A DNA stretch of 64,000 nt from NCBI GenBank assembly GCA_038247415.1, contig JBBRUX010000003.1, forward strand, positions 1 through 64,000. The letters are read 5' to 3'. Source of the DNA: Chitinivibrionales bacterium (GTDB taxonomy: Bacteria > Fibrobacterota > Chitinivibrionia > Chitinivibrionales > WJKA01). Position numbers and translations under genes: made by a program. Under the pieces are notes generated by a model, which was given only the letters and a program-made list of their open reading frames with translations, was not told the DNA's origin and did no database searches. Below are positions 47,479 to 57,713 of this stretch, one piece after another. Position 1 is the first letter of the stretch, and every line of letters begins with the position of its first letter.

Positions 47479-49194
47479 ATGAAAGCATCTAAAATAAGCG
47501 GCGCACATGCCATTATCGCATCGTGTGAACATCATGGTGTAACGCATATCTTTGGTTATCCCGGGGGCGCAAATATACCAATCCTGGATGCGCTTTACGA
47601 ATCAAAGGTAAAATTTGTTCTTACCCGTCATGAGCAGGGTGCTGCACATATGGCCGATGGCTACGCCCGTGCATCCGGCAAGGTAGGCGTTGTACTTGTC
47701 ACTTCGGGGCCAGGTGCCCTCAATACCATTTCGGGTATCCTAACATCGCAAATGGATTCTATTCCACTTGTTATAATTTGTGGGCAAACCATTACAGCAA
47801 ATCTTGGACTCGATGCATTTCAGGAAGCGGACGTAAGCGGCGTGACTTATCCTATTGTAAAACACTCTTATCTGGTAAAAAACGTCGCCGATATTCCGCG
47901 CATCATGAAAGAGGCTTTCTACCTTGCGGGTAGCGGTCGACCGGGTGTTGTTCTCATTGATGTGCCCAAAGATATCTCTTCTACACTTTTTGAGCCAAAT
48001 TATTTGGTTGAGCCTTCGCTTCCGGGGTATGTTTTACCGTCTGCGCCTTCTGCCGCAGAGCTTGCGGAATGCGCAGCAATTCTCGCTTCATCCGAAAAAC
48101 CGGTACTTCTCGTTGGTCATGGGGCGCTTATTGGCAATGCATCCGAGTATGTTACAAAAATTGCTCGCGACTTTGAAATTCCTGTTGTCAATACGCTTCT
48201 TGGGAAGGGCGGATTCGATGAGAATGAAGCTCTTTCGCTTGGTATGCTTGGAATGCATGGCACAGCATATGCAAATATGGCGGTGCTAAATTGCGATTGC
48301 ATTGTTTCTATAGGCTCGCGGTTCGATGATCGTATTGTGGGTACTCCTAAAAAGTTTTGCCCTTCGGCAAAAAAAATCCATATCGATATCGACGAGTCGG
48401 AAAAAAACAAAATGGTTAAGCCCGACCTTTTCATCTTGGGAGATGCTAGCCAGGTACTCAAAGAATTAATTCCTTATTTGAAGCATAAAAAACGAGACGC
48501 ATGGCTTTCGCACATTGCTGCATGGAAAAAAGATTATCCCCTTACGTTCGATAGCAGCGGGCCACTTACTTCTCAGGCAGTGTTAGAAGCACTCAACAGA
48601 CTTGCACCCAAAAATATTGTTTACACTACCGATGTGGGTCAGCATCAAATGTGGGCTGCTCAGTTTTGTAAAGTTCATGCACCACATTCGTGGCTTACCT
48701 CGGGTGGTGCGGGAACAATGGGGTATGGTTTTCCTGCAGCTATTGGAGCGCAGATTGCCCGGCCGCAATCAACGGTTGTTGCGATTGTCGGGGATGGCGG
48801 ATTTCAAATGACACAAGCAGAACTTTCTACGGCCATGCTTCAAAAATTACCGCTCAAGATTTTAATTCTGGATAATAAATATCTTGGCATGGTACGACAA
48901 TGGCAAGACCTGTTTTATGATAATCGTCTAATGGGCGTCGATCTGGAAGGCAACCCAGATTTTGTCATGCTCGCAAAAGCATATGGAGTAGCGGGGTTTC
49001 ATTGCAATTCACATGAAAATCTCGATGCGGTTCTCAAAGAAGCATTATCCTATAATCAAGGGCCGTGTCTTATTCATGCTGAAGTGGAAAAAGAAGGCAA
49101 TGTATATCCGATGATTCCAGCCGGAGCAGGCTATGAGGCCATGCTTCTTGCTGCACCTACTCAAAAACTCGAAAAACCTAAAGGGAGCACCTAA
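47479..49194 (+). CDS. ilvB: Acetolactate synthase large subunit
   Basis: FGYPGG, RHEQGAAHMADGYAR, DVGQHQMW, GDGGFQM...N. Confidence 0.96.
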   Translation: MKASKISGAHAIIASCEHHGVTHIFGYPGGANIPILDALYESKVKFVLTRHEQGAAHMADGYARASGKVGVVLVTSGPGALNTISGILTSQMDSIPLVIICGQTITANLGLDAFQEADVSGVTYPIVKHSYLVKNVADIPRIMKEAFYLAGSGRPGVVLIDVPKDISSTLFEPNYLVEPSLPGYVLPSAPSAAELAECAAILASSEKPVLLVGHGALIGNASEYVTKIARDFEIPVVNTLLGKGGFDENEALSLGMLGMHGTAYANMAVLNCDCIVSIGSRFDDRIVGTPKKFCPSAKKIHIDIDESEKNKMVKPDLFILGDASQVLKELIPYLKHKKRDAWLSHIAAWKKDYPLTFDSSGPLTSQAVLEALNRLAPKNIVYTTDVGQHQMWAAQFCKVHAPHSWLTSGGAGTMGYGFPAAIGAQIARPQSTVVAIVGDGGFQMTQAELSTAMLQKLPLKILILDNKYLGMVRQWQDLFYDNRLMGVDLEGNPDFVMLAKAYGVAGFHCNSHENLDAVLKEALSYNQGPCLIHAEVEKEGNVYPMIPAGAGYEAMLLAAPTQKLEKPKGST

Positions 49195-49197
49195 TCG

Positions 49198-49701
49198 ATG
49201 GGCGAAATGCAAACAGAGAATTACGCAATTAGTTTACTGGTTAATAATAAACCAGGCGTTTTGATACGAATCGCACTCGTTTTTTCGCGACGAGGCTTTA
49301 ACTTAGAGAGCGTGGTCGTGAGCCCCTCGCACGATTTGGCATTTTCGTGGATGAATCTTGTTGCTCGTGGCGAGCCAGCATCGCTGGATCAGATCCTTAA
49401 GCAACTTAATAAGCTTGTCGATGTTATTCATGCGCGCAATCATACAACCGATGATGCAATCCAAAGAGAGTTTGGTCTTGTTAAGGTTTCGTGTCCGTCC
49501 CAGCATAGAGGTGAAATTCTTGAAATCGCTCAACATTTCAAGGCCGAATCAGTCGATTTGACAAGTACAACAATTACCTTTCAGATAGCAGGTAATACCG
49601 GAAAGCTCGATGCATTCCTTACTTTGCTGCAAAAATTTGGTATTTTGGAATCGGTTCGTTCTGGAAAGCTTATAATGGCTCGAGGGGTGGAATCGACGTA
49701 A
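49198..49701 (+). CDS. ilvN: Acetolactate synthase small subunit
   Basis: NKPGVLIRIALVFSRRGFN, KQLNKLVDVI. Confidence 0.95.
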   Translation: MGEMQTENYAISLLVNNKPGVLIRIALVFSRRGFNLESVVVSPSHDLAFSWMNLVARGEPASLDQILKQLNKLVDVIHARNHTTDDAIQREFGLVKVSCPSQHRGEILEIAQHFKAESVDLTSTTITFQIAGNTGKLDAFLTLLQKFGILESVRSGKLIMARGVEST

Positions 49702-49865
49702 TCATCTCATTTTTGAGACTTGTTGTCGCACCTTATAGATGCTTCGCAAAACACCTAAGAGAGGAAATTCAAAAATGCTCAATTAAATAAGCATTTAAAA
49801 AATTCATGGTACTGGCATGATTGTTGCTTTATTATTGGGCAACAATTTATTTAAAGGAAAGTACC

Positions 49866-51350
49866 ATGAAAACAACAACCCTTAAAATCAGTATTTTTAT
49901 TTGCTTCTGGGCAAATGTTGTTTTTGCGCAACCTTCAATTTCTCCCGCTATTTTTGATCCCGATACTCTGAGACTACAAATAAATAACTCTTCCGTTTCT
50001 ATGGGTGCTACTAGATGTCCAATCTTCTTAGTGAATCAATCACACCTACTCGTAGATTCTGTTGCATTTACTATCACCATTACTTCTGGATTGGACATCT
50101 ATTCGGCGATTACTTTTGATCTTGGGGATGCCATACCCAGCTGGTCTAAAAATATTGTCGAGGTGTCGCAAGGTGTTTATTCTGTCAATTTGAAGAAAAA
50201 CAGCGATGGTTTAGGCTTAGGGTCAAAGAATATCTTGTGGCTCACTCTCAATGTAGCGCCTTCGGCTCAAATTGGCCAAACAAGCACACTGGCGCTTAGT
50301 TCCATAAACCTCTTTGGATCCGATCGGATTGGTTATCAACCAGTTTCTTCGCCTACTGCCATTTTTACGGTCGCTATCAAATCAAAGGTTATTGTGGGAG
50401 ATGTGGATGGTGATGGGGATGTACTCATCAAAGATGCACAAGCATTGCAAACTGCAATTATTAATTCTCCAGAAGATCAGGTTTCCGATCGCGGTCAACT
50501 TATTCGTCTGTCTGTTGCAGATGTAAATAAGGACGGGCATATAAATAGTTATGACGTAGGGCTCATTACAAAGTTTGCAAGTGGCTATATAAATAAGTTA
50601 CCCTTCGTGGATGATTCAATCGAGGCCGACGACACAGCCAAATCGATAATTTGGCAAATGCCAGGCAAGTCGAAATCTGTAAACACTATTAGGTATGAAA
50701 TCAAGGGTATATCGTTAAAGGGTCTTATTGCCGCAGATTTGTATTTTAAACTTGATACAAGTTTGATTAATATGGCAACCTTTGCAATTGCAGCAACCTC
50801 AGTAATAAAAGCCAGTGGGTGGCATCTTGAGCCTTCGGTATTAACGCTTCCTGTGAAAGACAAAATAGGAATAATGCATATAAGCGTTGTGTGGCCTACC
50901 GAAATTGAATATCACGGGGCTCTTGTGTTGGCTACTCTGGATATTACGTGTAAACCAGGACAATCTCCAGATGCGTTGAAACGGGTACTAACGCTTAATA
51001 AATTAATAGCGAATCAGCATTATTCTGCTATGAGAGGCGATTCTGCACTGTTTCCAGTTGTTGATCCTGGACTCAATGCTCCTAGTTCGGTGATTACAAA
51101 AAGTACACGTACCCTTTCATCTGATTTTGCAAAAATTTTCGGTTCCCGTCTCTGTTTTTCGGGTTCGCTAGATAAGGCTTCAAACATTTCAATTATATCG
51201 ACTAATGGTCGAGCGGTATCTGCTATCTCTTTTCCTAAGTCTTCTCAAATGTACTCGTATGCGCTTCCTTCGCTGGGCTGTGGAGCCTATTTCGTGAAAA
51301 TCTCCCAAGGCAATCGCACTCAAAATCTTACTTTCTCGGTGTATCATTAA
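49866..51350 (+). CDS. Secreted protein with dockerin-like repeat flanked by cohesin-like beta domains
   Basis: Signal peptide; GDVDGDGDVLIKDA and ADVNKDGHINSYDV Ca-binding repeats; C-terminal LGCGAYFVKI sorting-like tail. Confidence 0.78.
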   Translation: MKTTTLKISIFICFWANVVFAQPSISPAIFDPDTLRLQINNSSVSMGATRCPIFLVNQSHLLVDSVAFTITITSGLDIYSAITFDLGDAIPSWSKNIVEVSQGVYSVNLKKNSDGLGLGSKNILWLTLNVAPSAQIGQTSTLALSSINLFGSDRIGYQPVSSPTAIFTVAIKSKVIVGDVDGDGDVLIKDAQALQTAIINSPEDQVSDRGQLIRLSVADVNKDGHINSYDVGLITKFASGYINKLPFVDDSIEADDTAKSIIWQMPGKSKSVNTIRYEIKGISLKGLIAADLYFKLDTSLINMATFAIAATSVIKASGWHLEPSVLTLPVKDKIGIMHISVVWPTEIEYHGALVLATLDITCKPGQSPDALKRVLTLNKLIANQHYSAMRGDSALFPVVDPGLNAPSSVITKSTRTLSSDFAKIFGSRLCFSGSLDKASNISIISTNGRAVSAISFPKSSQMYSYALPSLGCGAYFVKISQGNRTQNLTFSVYH

Positions 51351-51562
51351 AAATCGCATTTCTCAAATGCGGCTTTCTTAATATTTAAAGAGAGCCTTTT
51401 CGGGCTGTATATTCCGAGAAGTTCTTTTCGTTGATATCCTACTGATTTTTATTGCTGCTTGTGCAATCTTGTGGTATAATCCAGTAAGCTCGCTCTACCT
51501 ATTTATTTACATCTTGGCGATGCGTAGCACAAAGCTTTTCGAACTATCATCAAAGGTCTGAA

Positions 51563-52693
51563 ATGTCAGTTGAAACGTTGCCCTCGAGTGTGCAAGATTC
51601 TTTAGAAGCGCAGAGCATTCTTTCTGCGGGCTTGAGTAGCCAGAAGGACGAAGAGATTGCACGTCTTAAAGAAGCTTTGCTCGTAAAAAATCAATTTCTC
51701 AATGATATTCTTAATACTTCTTCTACTATCTCGATTATTTCTACCGACTTGGAACAAAATATTATCCATTGGAATTCTGGTGCACAGCACCTTCTAGGAT
51801 TTACAGAGGAAGAAATGGTAAGGAAACAGAAAATTGCGTTGATTTATGGGGGCGATACTACTTCAATTTCCACAATGCGTAAAGCGCGTGATTTCATTAT
51901 GGAACATCGAACAGGAATAACCTGTGATGTCGCGGAAGTGACTCGAGATGGAAAAAAAGTATGGATGAAGGTTAATTTAACCCCCCGATTTGACGAAACG
52001 GGAAAAATTATTGGTATGCTTGGAGTAGGGCAAGATATTACTGAACATAAGCAAACCGAAAAAATGCTGCACCACAGTTTGCAAAAAGTCCGCAGAGCCA
52101 TGAGCGGAACAATCCACGCAATGGCAATGACTGTTGAAATACGCGATCCTTATACGGCTGGCCATCAGCGACGGGCAACCGATCTTGCTCGGGCAATAGG
52201 TGAGCAGATGAAGCTTCCTAAAGACCAGGTTGATGGTTTACGAATGGCTGGTGTAATTCACGATCTGGGGAAAGTTTCAATACCTGCAGAGATCCTCAAT
52301 AAGCCAGGTAAGCTCACCAAAAACGAATTTGCATTAATAAAGTGCCATCCGGAAACTGGTTTTGATATTATTAAATACATAGAATTTCCGTGGCCTATCG
52401 CTCAAATTGTTTTGCAGCATCACGAACGCTATAATGGCGAGGGTTATCCTCGTGGTCTAAAAGGCAACAAAATTTGCATAGAGGCGCGCATTATAGCGGT
52501 AGCAGATGTTGTGGAGAGCATGTCATCACACAGGCCGTATCGCCCGGCGCTTGGCCTTGATGAAGCATTAGGAGAAATAGTAAAAGGTAGGGGGACCTTT
52601 TATGACCCAGATGTTGTAGATGCTTGTCTGTGCCTTTTTAATGAAAAAGGGTATGTCCTTATTTCAGGGCATGGCCCAGAAGCGTTTGGATAA
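51563..52693 (+). CDS. PAS + HD-GYP phosphodiesterase
   Basis: PAS/PAC; RDPYTAGHQ, HDLGK, QHHERYNGEGYPRGL. Confidence 0.93.
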   Translation: MSVETLPSSVQDSLEAQSILSAGLSSQKDEEIARLKEALLVKNQFLNDILNTSSTISIISTDLEQNIIHWNSGAQHLLGFTEEEMVRKQKIALIYGGDTTSISTMRKARDFIMEHRTGITCDVAEVTRDGKKVWMKVNLTPRFDETGKIIGMLGVGQDITEHKQTEKMLHHSLQKVRRAMSGTIHAMAMTVEIRDPYTAGHQRRATDLARAIGEQMKLPKDQVDGLRMAGVIHDLGKVSIPAEILNKPGKLTKNEFALIKCHPETGFDIIKYIEFPWPIAQIVLQHHERYNGEGYPRGLKGNKICIEARIIAVADVVESMSSHRPYRPALGLDEALGEIVKGRGTFYDPDVVDACLCLFNEKGYVLISGHGPEAFG

Positions 52694-52771
52694 TGTATCT
52701 TTAAGTAGTACTGGATAGGTTAATGCCAGTCTTAAGGTTTTTTGCAGTATCACTACTTAAAAGGATCCATA

Positions 52772-53017
52772 ATGATAAAGCTTTACTGTTTAAAGAGCGA
52801 AAAGAAAATTGCAGGCATTTGTGCAGGTATAGGCGATATCTTTTCCTTTGATGCCAACCTTGTGCGTATTGTGTTTGTTTTTGTGTGCGTTGCAACTGCA
52901 CTGTGGCCTATGGTGGTCGCCTATCTGGTCGGCTGGTTATTGCTCCCCGATAAGCCCATTGACAAAGAGATTCCTTCCCATCGAGACAATAAAGATGCTC
53001 CAACTTCGCCTGCATGA
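52772..53017 (+). CDS. PspC-domain protein
   Basis: KKIAGICAGIG...LVRIVFV...AYLVGWLLLP. Confidence 0.85.
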   Translation: MIKLYCLKSEKKIAGICAGIGDIFSFDANLVRIVFVFVCVATALWPMVVAYLVGWLLLPDKPIDKEIPSHRDNKDAPTSPA

Positions 53018-53282
53018 TGCTGCAAATTGGCATGTATCTCAGGTTTTTTGGTTGCTTTTTAAAAAAAACGGTGTACATTCACGTTTGCAATAGATAGTAA
53101 GAATGCTGTGTGGCGTGAGAATGTTTCGAAGGGTGATTGAAAACAATTCCAGCGATACTACAAAATATTTTTTTTTATTTGCTTCTTATATGATAGATGA
53201 TTTATAATTTGTATGTTTCTGTTTCCTACTGCGCCCTGTTTTGGCCTTTAGGGTTTCTTTCATTATGTTTGAGGAGGTTTCT

Positions 53283-53603
53283 GTGTCTAAGAAGTTGTAC
53301 GTTGGGAATCTTCCCTTCAGTGCGCGTGAAGAAGAGGTTCGTGATCTGTTTGCAGTTCATGGCGAAGTAACGTCAGTATCTCTTATTACCGATCGCGAAA
53401 CAGGTCGTCCACGTGGTTTTGGCTTTGTCGAAATGGAAAATGCCGAAGCTGCAATTGCAGAACTCAATGGTAAAGATTACGGCGGTCGCCCTCTTACCGT
53501 TAATGAAGCTCGTGAACGCGAACAGCGGCCACGCGGTGGTTTCGGTGGTGGTGAAGGCGGCGGTGGCGGCGGTGGTGGTGGTTATCAGAAACGTCGTTAT
53601 TAA
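53283..53603 (+). CDS. RRM RNA-binding protein with Gly-rich tail
   Basis: KLYVGNL (RNP2), RGFGFVEM (RNP1); GAGGAGG RBS, GTG start. Confidence 0.95.
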   Translation: MSKKLYVGNLPFSAREEEVRDLFAVHGEVTSVSLITDRETGRPRGFGFVEMENAEAAIAELNGKDYGGRPLTVNEAREREQRPRGGFGGGEGGGGGGGGGYQKRRY

Positions 53604-53630
53604 TCGTATACGATAGTCTTTGATTCTAAT

Positions 53631-53658
53631 GCCGGGGTTTTGCCCCGGCTTTTTTTTT
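53631..53658 (+). terminator. Intrinsic terminator
   Basis: GCCGGGG-TTTTG-CCCCGGC-T9. Confidence 0.88.
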
Positions 53659-53702
53659 GTTTTTTTTAATTTAACAGTTCTCTTTTTATCCTGGCATAGT
53701 TC

Positions 53703-54950
53703 ATGGTACACATTCCTCGATTCAAGCCTCAAGTAGTTTCTCAATTTCGGCAGGAACCAAAAGATCCGTTTGTGCATCTTGTGTGCGAAATTGCAGGAAA
53801 ATCTAATGCCTTTGAAACCATAGAACCCTTATCCGATTTAGGCTACGATCAAGAACTGGCAATAAAACAAAAGGCTTTCACGTGCTTTTTAGCGCAAAAC
53901 CGGATAACAACAAAGCCGCTGGAAATTATACCTTCGCCGCTTTTTCGACACTATCGCACTACTTCAAAACGGCGGATTGTGTTTGCACATAAAAAATGGG
54001 TGTTTGCTTTTGCAGAAGGAAATACCCCGCCCCAAAACGAGTCTGTAGCAGTATCGTTGCTTGAACCTAAGGAGCATGCACTCATATATCAGCAGCTTCA
54101 CGAAATGCTTATTACTCCGCCTTATAGAGGTTTTTTAGAGGTTTTAAATTTTATCATTATACGGGGCACCTATACGGAGCGCTGCGTGATTTTTAATGTC
54201 CGACGTTTAGATGCAGGAATTGTACGGGCTTTAAAAAAATGTGCACAGACATTGGCTACGATGAGCGTTGCATCCTGTTTTGCATTTGTTGACGAAAGAG
54301 GATCTGCTTATTATTTAGATGAGAGCGTAGGATCCGATAAAATGGTAGTTAAAAAACTCTTTGGTTATGACTCGCTTCGTCTGGTTCTTAACGGGGTAAT
54401 GCTACACTACTCACCCTTTGCGTTTTGCCAAATAAACCATGCAATTTTGCCGGAGTTTATTAATCAGATCCAAGGATGTCTAAGCGATGCAAAACGGGAA
54501 TTCATGTTAGACCTCTATTGCGGATTTGGACTTTTTTCATTTACTGTTGGAAAGAGTTTTAGTTCCGTTGTTGCGATAGATGCAAATGCACGAGCACTGT
54601 CTACCTGTACTGCAAATGCGGTGCGTCTTGGACGCGAGAAAGCAGTGAAATGTGTGGAAGGTTTTATTGCACCTCAAGTACTTTCTGGTATTGCGTCCCG
54701 ATTTCCTGTTAGAACCTCAGAAGTTCTTTTGCTCGATCCTCCTCGCAGTGGCGTGCATCGAGGGGTTATTGAATCGTGCGCTGGGCGTAAACCAACACAT
54801 GTCGTACATATATTTTGTGGTACACCAACCATTACCGATGCCTGCACATCGTGGAACAAACAGGGGTATGAGCTCACTAAAATAGTGCCCTGCGACCTTT
54901 TCCCAGGTACTGCGCACATAGAGACTATTGGCCTCTTTCAGCGCGTTTAG
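53703..54950 (+). CDS. TrmA/RlmD-family RNA m5U methyltransferase
   Basis: AFCQIN, LDLYCGFGLF, LDPPRSG, HIFCG, DLFPGTAHIE. Confidence 0.85.
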   Translation: MVHIPRFKPQVVSQFRQEPKDPFVHLVCEIAGKSNAFETIEPLSDLGYDQELAIKQKAFTCFLAQNRITTKPLEIIPSPLFRHYRTTSKRRIVFAHKKWVFAFAEGNTPPQNESVAVSLLEPKEHALIYQQLHEMLITPPYRGFLEVLNFIIIRGTYTERCVIFNVRRLDAGIVRALKKCAQTLATMSVASCFAFVDERGSAYYLDESVGSDKMVVKKLFGYDSLRLVLNGVMLHYSPFAFCQINHAILPEFINQIQGCLSDAKREFMLDLYCGFGLFSFTVGKSFSSVVAIDANARALSTCTANAVRLGREKAVKCVEGFIAPQVLSGIASRFPVRTSEVLLLDPPRSGVHRGVIESCAGRKPTHVVHIFCGTPTITDACTSWNKQGYELTKIVPCDLFPGTAHIETIGLFQRV

Positions 54951-56659
54951 CGCACATCAATCAAAGCCCGAACCTTTTTGAGGAGTGTCTCAGAAGAAAA
55001 GGGCTTTTGGATGAACACACCAGCTTCAATTGATGTTTGAGTATTAACTAAAGATTCAGGATACCCTGACATGAATAAAATTTTTATATCGGGACGATGA
55101 AGAAGAATTTGTGTTTTTAATTGTTCTCCGCTCATGTGTGGCATGACAACATCGGAAATCATGATCTGGATGATCCCATTATGAGCAGAACTTTTTTCAA
55201 TAGCTTCATGTCCATCAGCAGCAGGAATTACACGATAGCCATTTTTTTGAAGTATTTTCTGCGTGAGCGAACGAACCATGACATTGTCTTCTACCAGGAG
55301 TACAGTTTCAAATCCACGCAAAAGCTCTTTACGCGATGATTCATCATCGGGCACGGAACTAACCCTGCTTCGAGGGATATAGACCGAAAACTCGCTGCCT
55401 CTGCCAAGCTCGCTATCTACCCATATAGCACCATTGCTCTGTTTAACGATGCCATAGACGGTTGCGAGTCCAAGACCTGTTCCCTTGCCTTCGACTTTTG
55501 TCGTAAAAAACGGTTCGAAAATATGAATCTTGACATCGTCGGACATCCCGCTGCCATTGTCGGCTACCGATACCATTGCATAAACACCTTGCTGGATGAT
55601 TCCACGGTCTAGGGCTGTAGTTTCGTCAAAGGTAACGGTTCGGGTTGTTATGGAAAGTTTCCCGCCTCGTGGCATTGCATCACGGGCATTAATCGCAAGA
55701 TTTAGAATCACTTGCTCGATTTGACTTTGGTCGGCGTATACAAGTTCTAAATCGGGGTCGAAATTGGTTACGAGTTCGATATCTTCGCCAATGATTCGAT
55801 GCAGCATTTTTTCCATTTCTGAAACGACATCATTGAGATCGATGACTTGTGGAGAGAGCGCCTGTTTGCGCGAGAATGCAAGCAATTGTCGCGTTAATGA
55901 GGATGCATGATCCCCTGCTTTTTTGATTTCCTCAAGTCCTTCACGCAGGGGATCGCCTTTAAAAACTTGCTTTAAGAGGAGTTCGGCATTGCCATTGATG
56001 GCCGTGAGTAAGTTGTTGAAATCGTGCGCTACACCACCAGCAAGCCGACCTATCGCTTCCATTTTTTGAGACTGCTGAAGCTGCTCTTCGAGTTTGAGTT
56101 TTTCTGAAACGTCTTCGAGGTGAACCATGATAATATCGTTTGGAACATATACATAGGTTGTAAAGAGATGCATAATACCATGACGAAACATATTGGTATA
56201 ATTTAGACTTCTGCGAATAATTGTTTTGTGCTTATAGCAATCTAGTATGTCAATAAGTATCTGCGGGTTTGCCTGATTAAAAAACGTATCGGCCCTTTTT
56301 CCGATCATGTGAGCAGCACTATCGTCGGTGAGTCTGCATGCTTCATCATTAAAATTGGTAAAGAAAAAAGCATTGTCATGATAGTGCAAAGTAATAGTTG
56401 GTATAGGAATGCTTTTTAGCTGGGCTGCAAGTTTTTGTTCAGAATCCAGCAGGGCTTGTTCAGCTTTAATTCTTCGAGACATATTGAGTAAAAGAAGAAT
56501 GACAATTGCAATGAGAATGGCGCATACGCTCGAAATAATCCAAATTGAAGGCCTGTATATGTTTAATGCATTGGTGGCAGGATAGTTTGGTTGCGTTGCG
56601 GCAAAAACGCAATGCATGAGTGCTACAAAAAAAATAGTTTGTTTAGCTAAAATCTGCAT
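54947..56659 (-). CDS. Hybrid sensor histidine kinase (CckA-type HK + receiver)
   Basis: LAGGVAHDFNNLL, NLAINARDAM, FEPFFTTK, GTGLGL; receiver ISDVVMP. Confidence 0.94.
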   Translation of the reverse strand: MQILAKQTIFFVALMHCVFAATQPNYPATNALNIYRPSIWIISSVCAILIAIVILLLLNMSRRIKAEQALLDSEQKLAAQLKSIPIPTITLHYHDNAFFFTNFNDEACRLTDDSAAHMIGKRADTFFNQANPQILIDILDCYKHKTIIRRSLNYTNMFRHGIMHLFTTYVYVPNDIIMVHLEDVSEKLKLEEQLQQSQKMEAIGRLAGGVAHDFNNLLTAINGNAELLLKQVFKGDPLREGLEEIKKAGDHASSLTRQLLAFSRKQALSPQVIDLNDVVSEMEKMLHRIIGEDIELVTNFDPDLELVYADQSQIEQVILNLAINARDAMPRGGKLSITTRTVTFDETTALDRGIIQQGVYAMVSVADNGSGMSDDVKIHIFEPFFTTKVEGKGTGLGLATVYGIVKQSNGAIWVDSELGRGSEFSVYIPRSRVSSVPDDESSRKELLRGFETVLLVEDNVMVRSLTQKILQKNGYRVIPAADGHEAIEKSSAHNGIIQIMISDVVMPHMSGEQLKTQILLHRPDIKILFMSGYPESLVNTQTSIEAGVFIQKPFSSETLLKKVRALIDVR

Positions 56660-56719
56660 AGTTTTCTTGGGCCCTTCTTGAGGGGTGTTTAAAAAATACC
56701 GGGCAAAAACAGATATTTT

Positions 56720-57685
56720 TCAGCAATAGGAAGCAAGATTTTTTGCAATTCTCTCTTTGACTGGCACGGTTGTGTCGCAAGTAAATTCGGTGCCGGTTAT
56801 CATTTCAAATAATTGCATGTATCTGCGCGATAATTCCATAACAAGATCATCGGGTGCTTTGGGCAAAACAGAATCGTTATAAGGGTCGCAGTGTTCTTTA
56901 AACCAGAGGCGCAAGAATTCTTTGTCGATATTTTCTGGTTCTTTGCGAGATGCAAACCGTTCTTCGTACGATGAAGCAATCCAGAAACGAGAGGAATCGG
57001 GCGTGTGTATCTCGTCAATAAGGGTAATGGTGCCATTTTCGTCGAGTCCGAGCTCGTATTTTGTATCGACAAGGATAAGTCCATTTTGTGCCGCAATGGT
57101 TGTTCCGCGTTCAAAAAGTGCAAAGGCAATATCCTGAAGCTTTTTCCATGTTGGCGCATCGATAATATTGTGGGAAACAATTTCTTCTGCTGAAATTGAT
57201 TCATCGTGGGCATCTGATTTTGTTGTGGGGGTAAGAATGGGTGCGGTGAATTTCTGGTTTTTTACCATGCCCTCGGGGAGCTTGTTGCCACAAATAGTGC
57301 GTTTTCCTTGAGAGTAGAGAGTCCAGGCCGAGGTGTCTGTTGATCCGGTTAAAAAACCTCGAACAACAAATTCTATTGGAAAAACGGTGCATTTCTTTGC
57401 AATGGTGACATTCGGATCGGGGATTGAAATGACCTGATTTTGAACAATGTCTTTTGTATGTTCGAACCAGAATGCGCTTACGGTATTGAGAACTTGGCCT
57501 TTGTAGGGAATACTAGCGAGTACGCGATCAAAGGCACTTTGGCGGTCGGTGGTAATAAGAATGAGGTTGTCGCCGCAATCGTAAGTGTCGCGCACTTTTC
57601 CTTGACGACGGTTTGCAAGAGGTAAGAATGCTGTAGAGTCAAGACAATTGTCAAGGTTTTTTCTAATTACATCTGGGCTGATCAT
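56720..57685 (-). CDS. purC: SAICAR synthetase
   Basis: GKVRDTY, TDRQSAFD, LVDTKYELG, DEIHTPDSSRFW. Confidence 0.96.
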   Translation of the reverse strand: MISPDVIRKNLDNCLDSTAFLPLANRRQGKVRDTYDCGDNLILITTDRQSAFDRVLASIPYKGQVLNTVSAFWFEHTKDIVQNQVISIPDPNVTIAKKCTVFPIEFVVRGFLTGSTDTSAWTLYSQGKRTICGNKLPEGMVKNQKFTAPILTPTTKSDAHDESISAEEIVSHNIIDAPTWKKLQDIAFALFERGTTIAAQNGLILVDTKYELGLDENGTITLIDEIHTPDSSRFWIASSYEERFASRKEPENIDKEFLRLWFKEHCDPYNDSVLPKAPDDLVMELSRRYMQLFEMITGTEFTCDTTVPVKERIAKNLASYC

Positions 57686-57713
57686 GCCAATCCTTTTTTA
57701 ATGCGTTAAAAAA

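Noticed and set aside
53531..53582. GGT/GGC trinucleotide tract as a regulatory repeat
   Set aside because: Encodes the ordinary Gly-rich tail of the RRM protein
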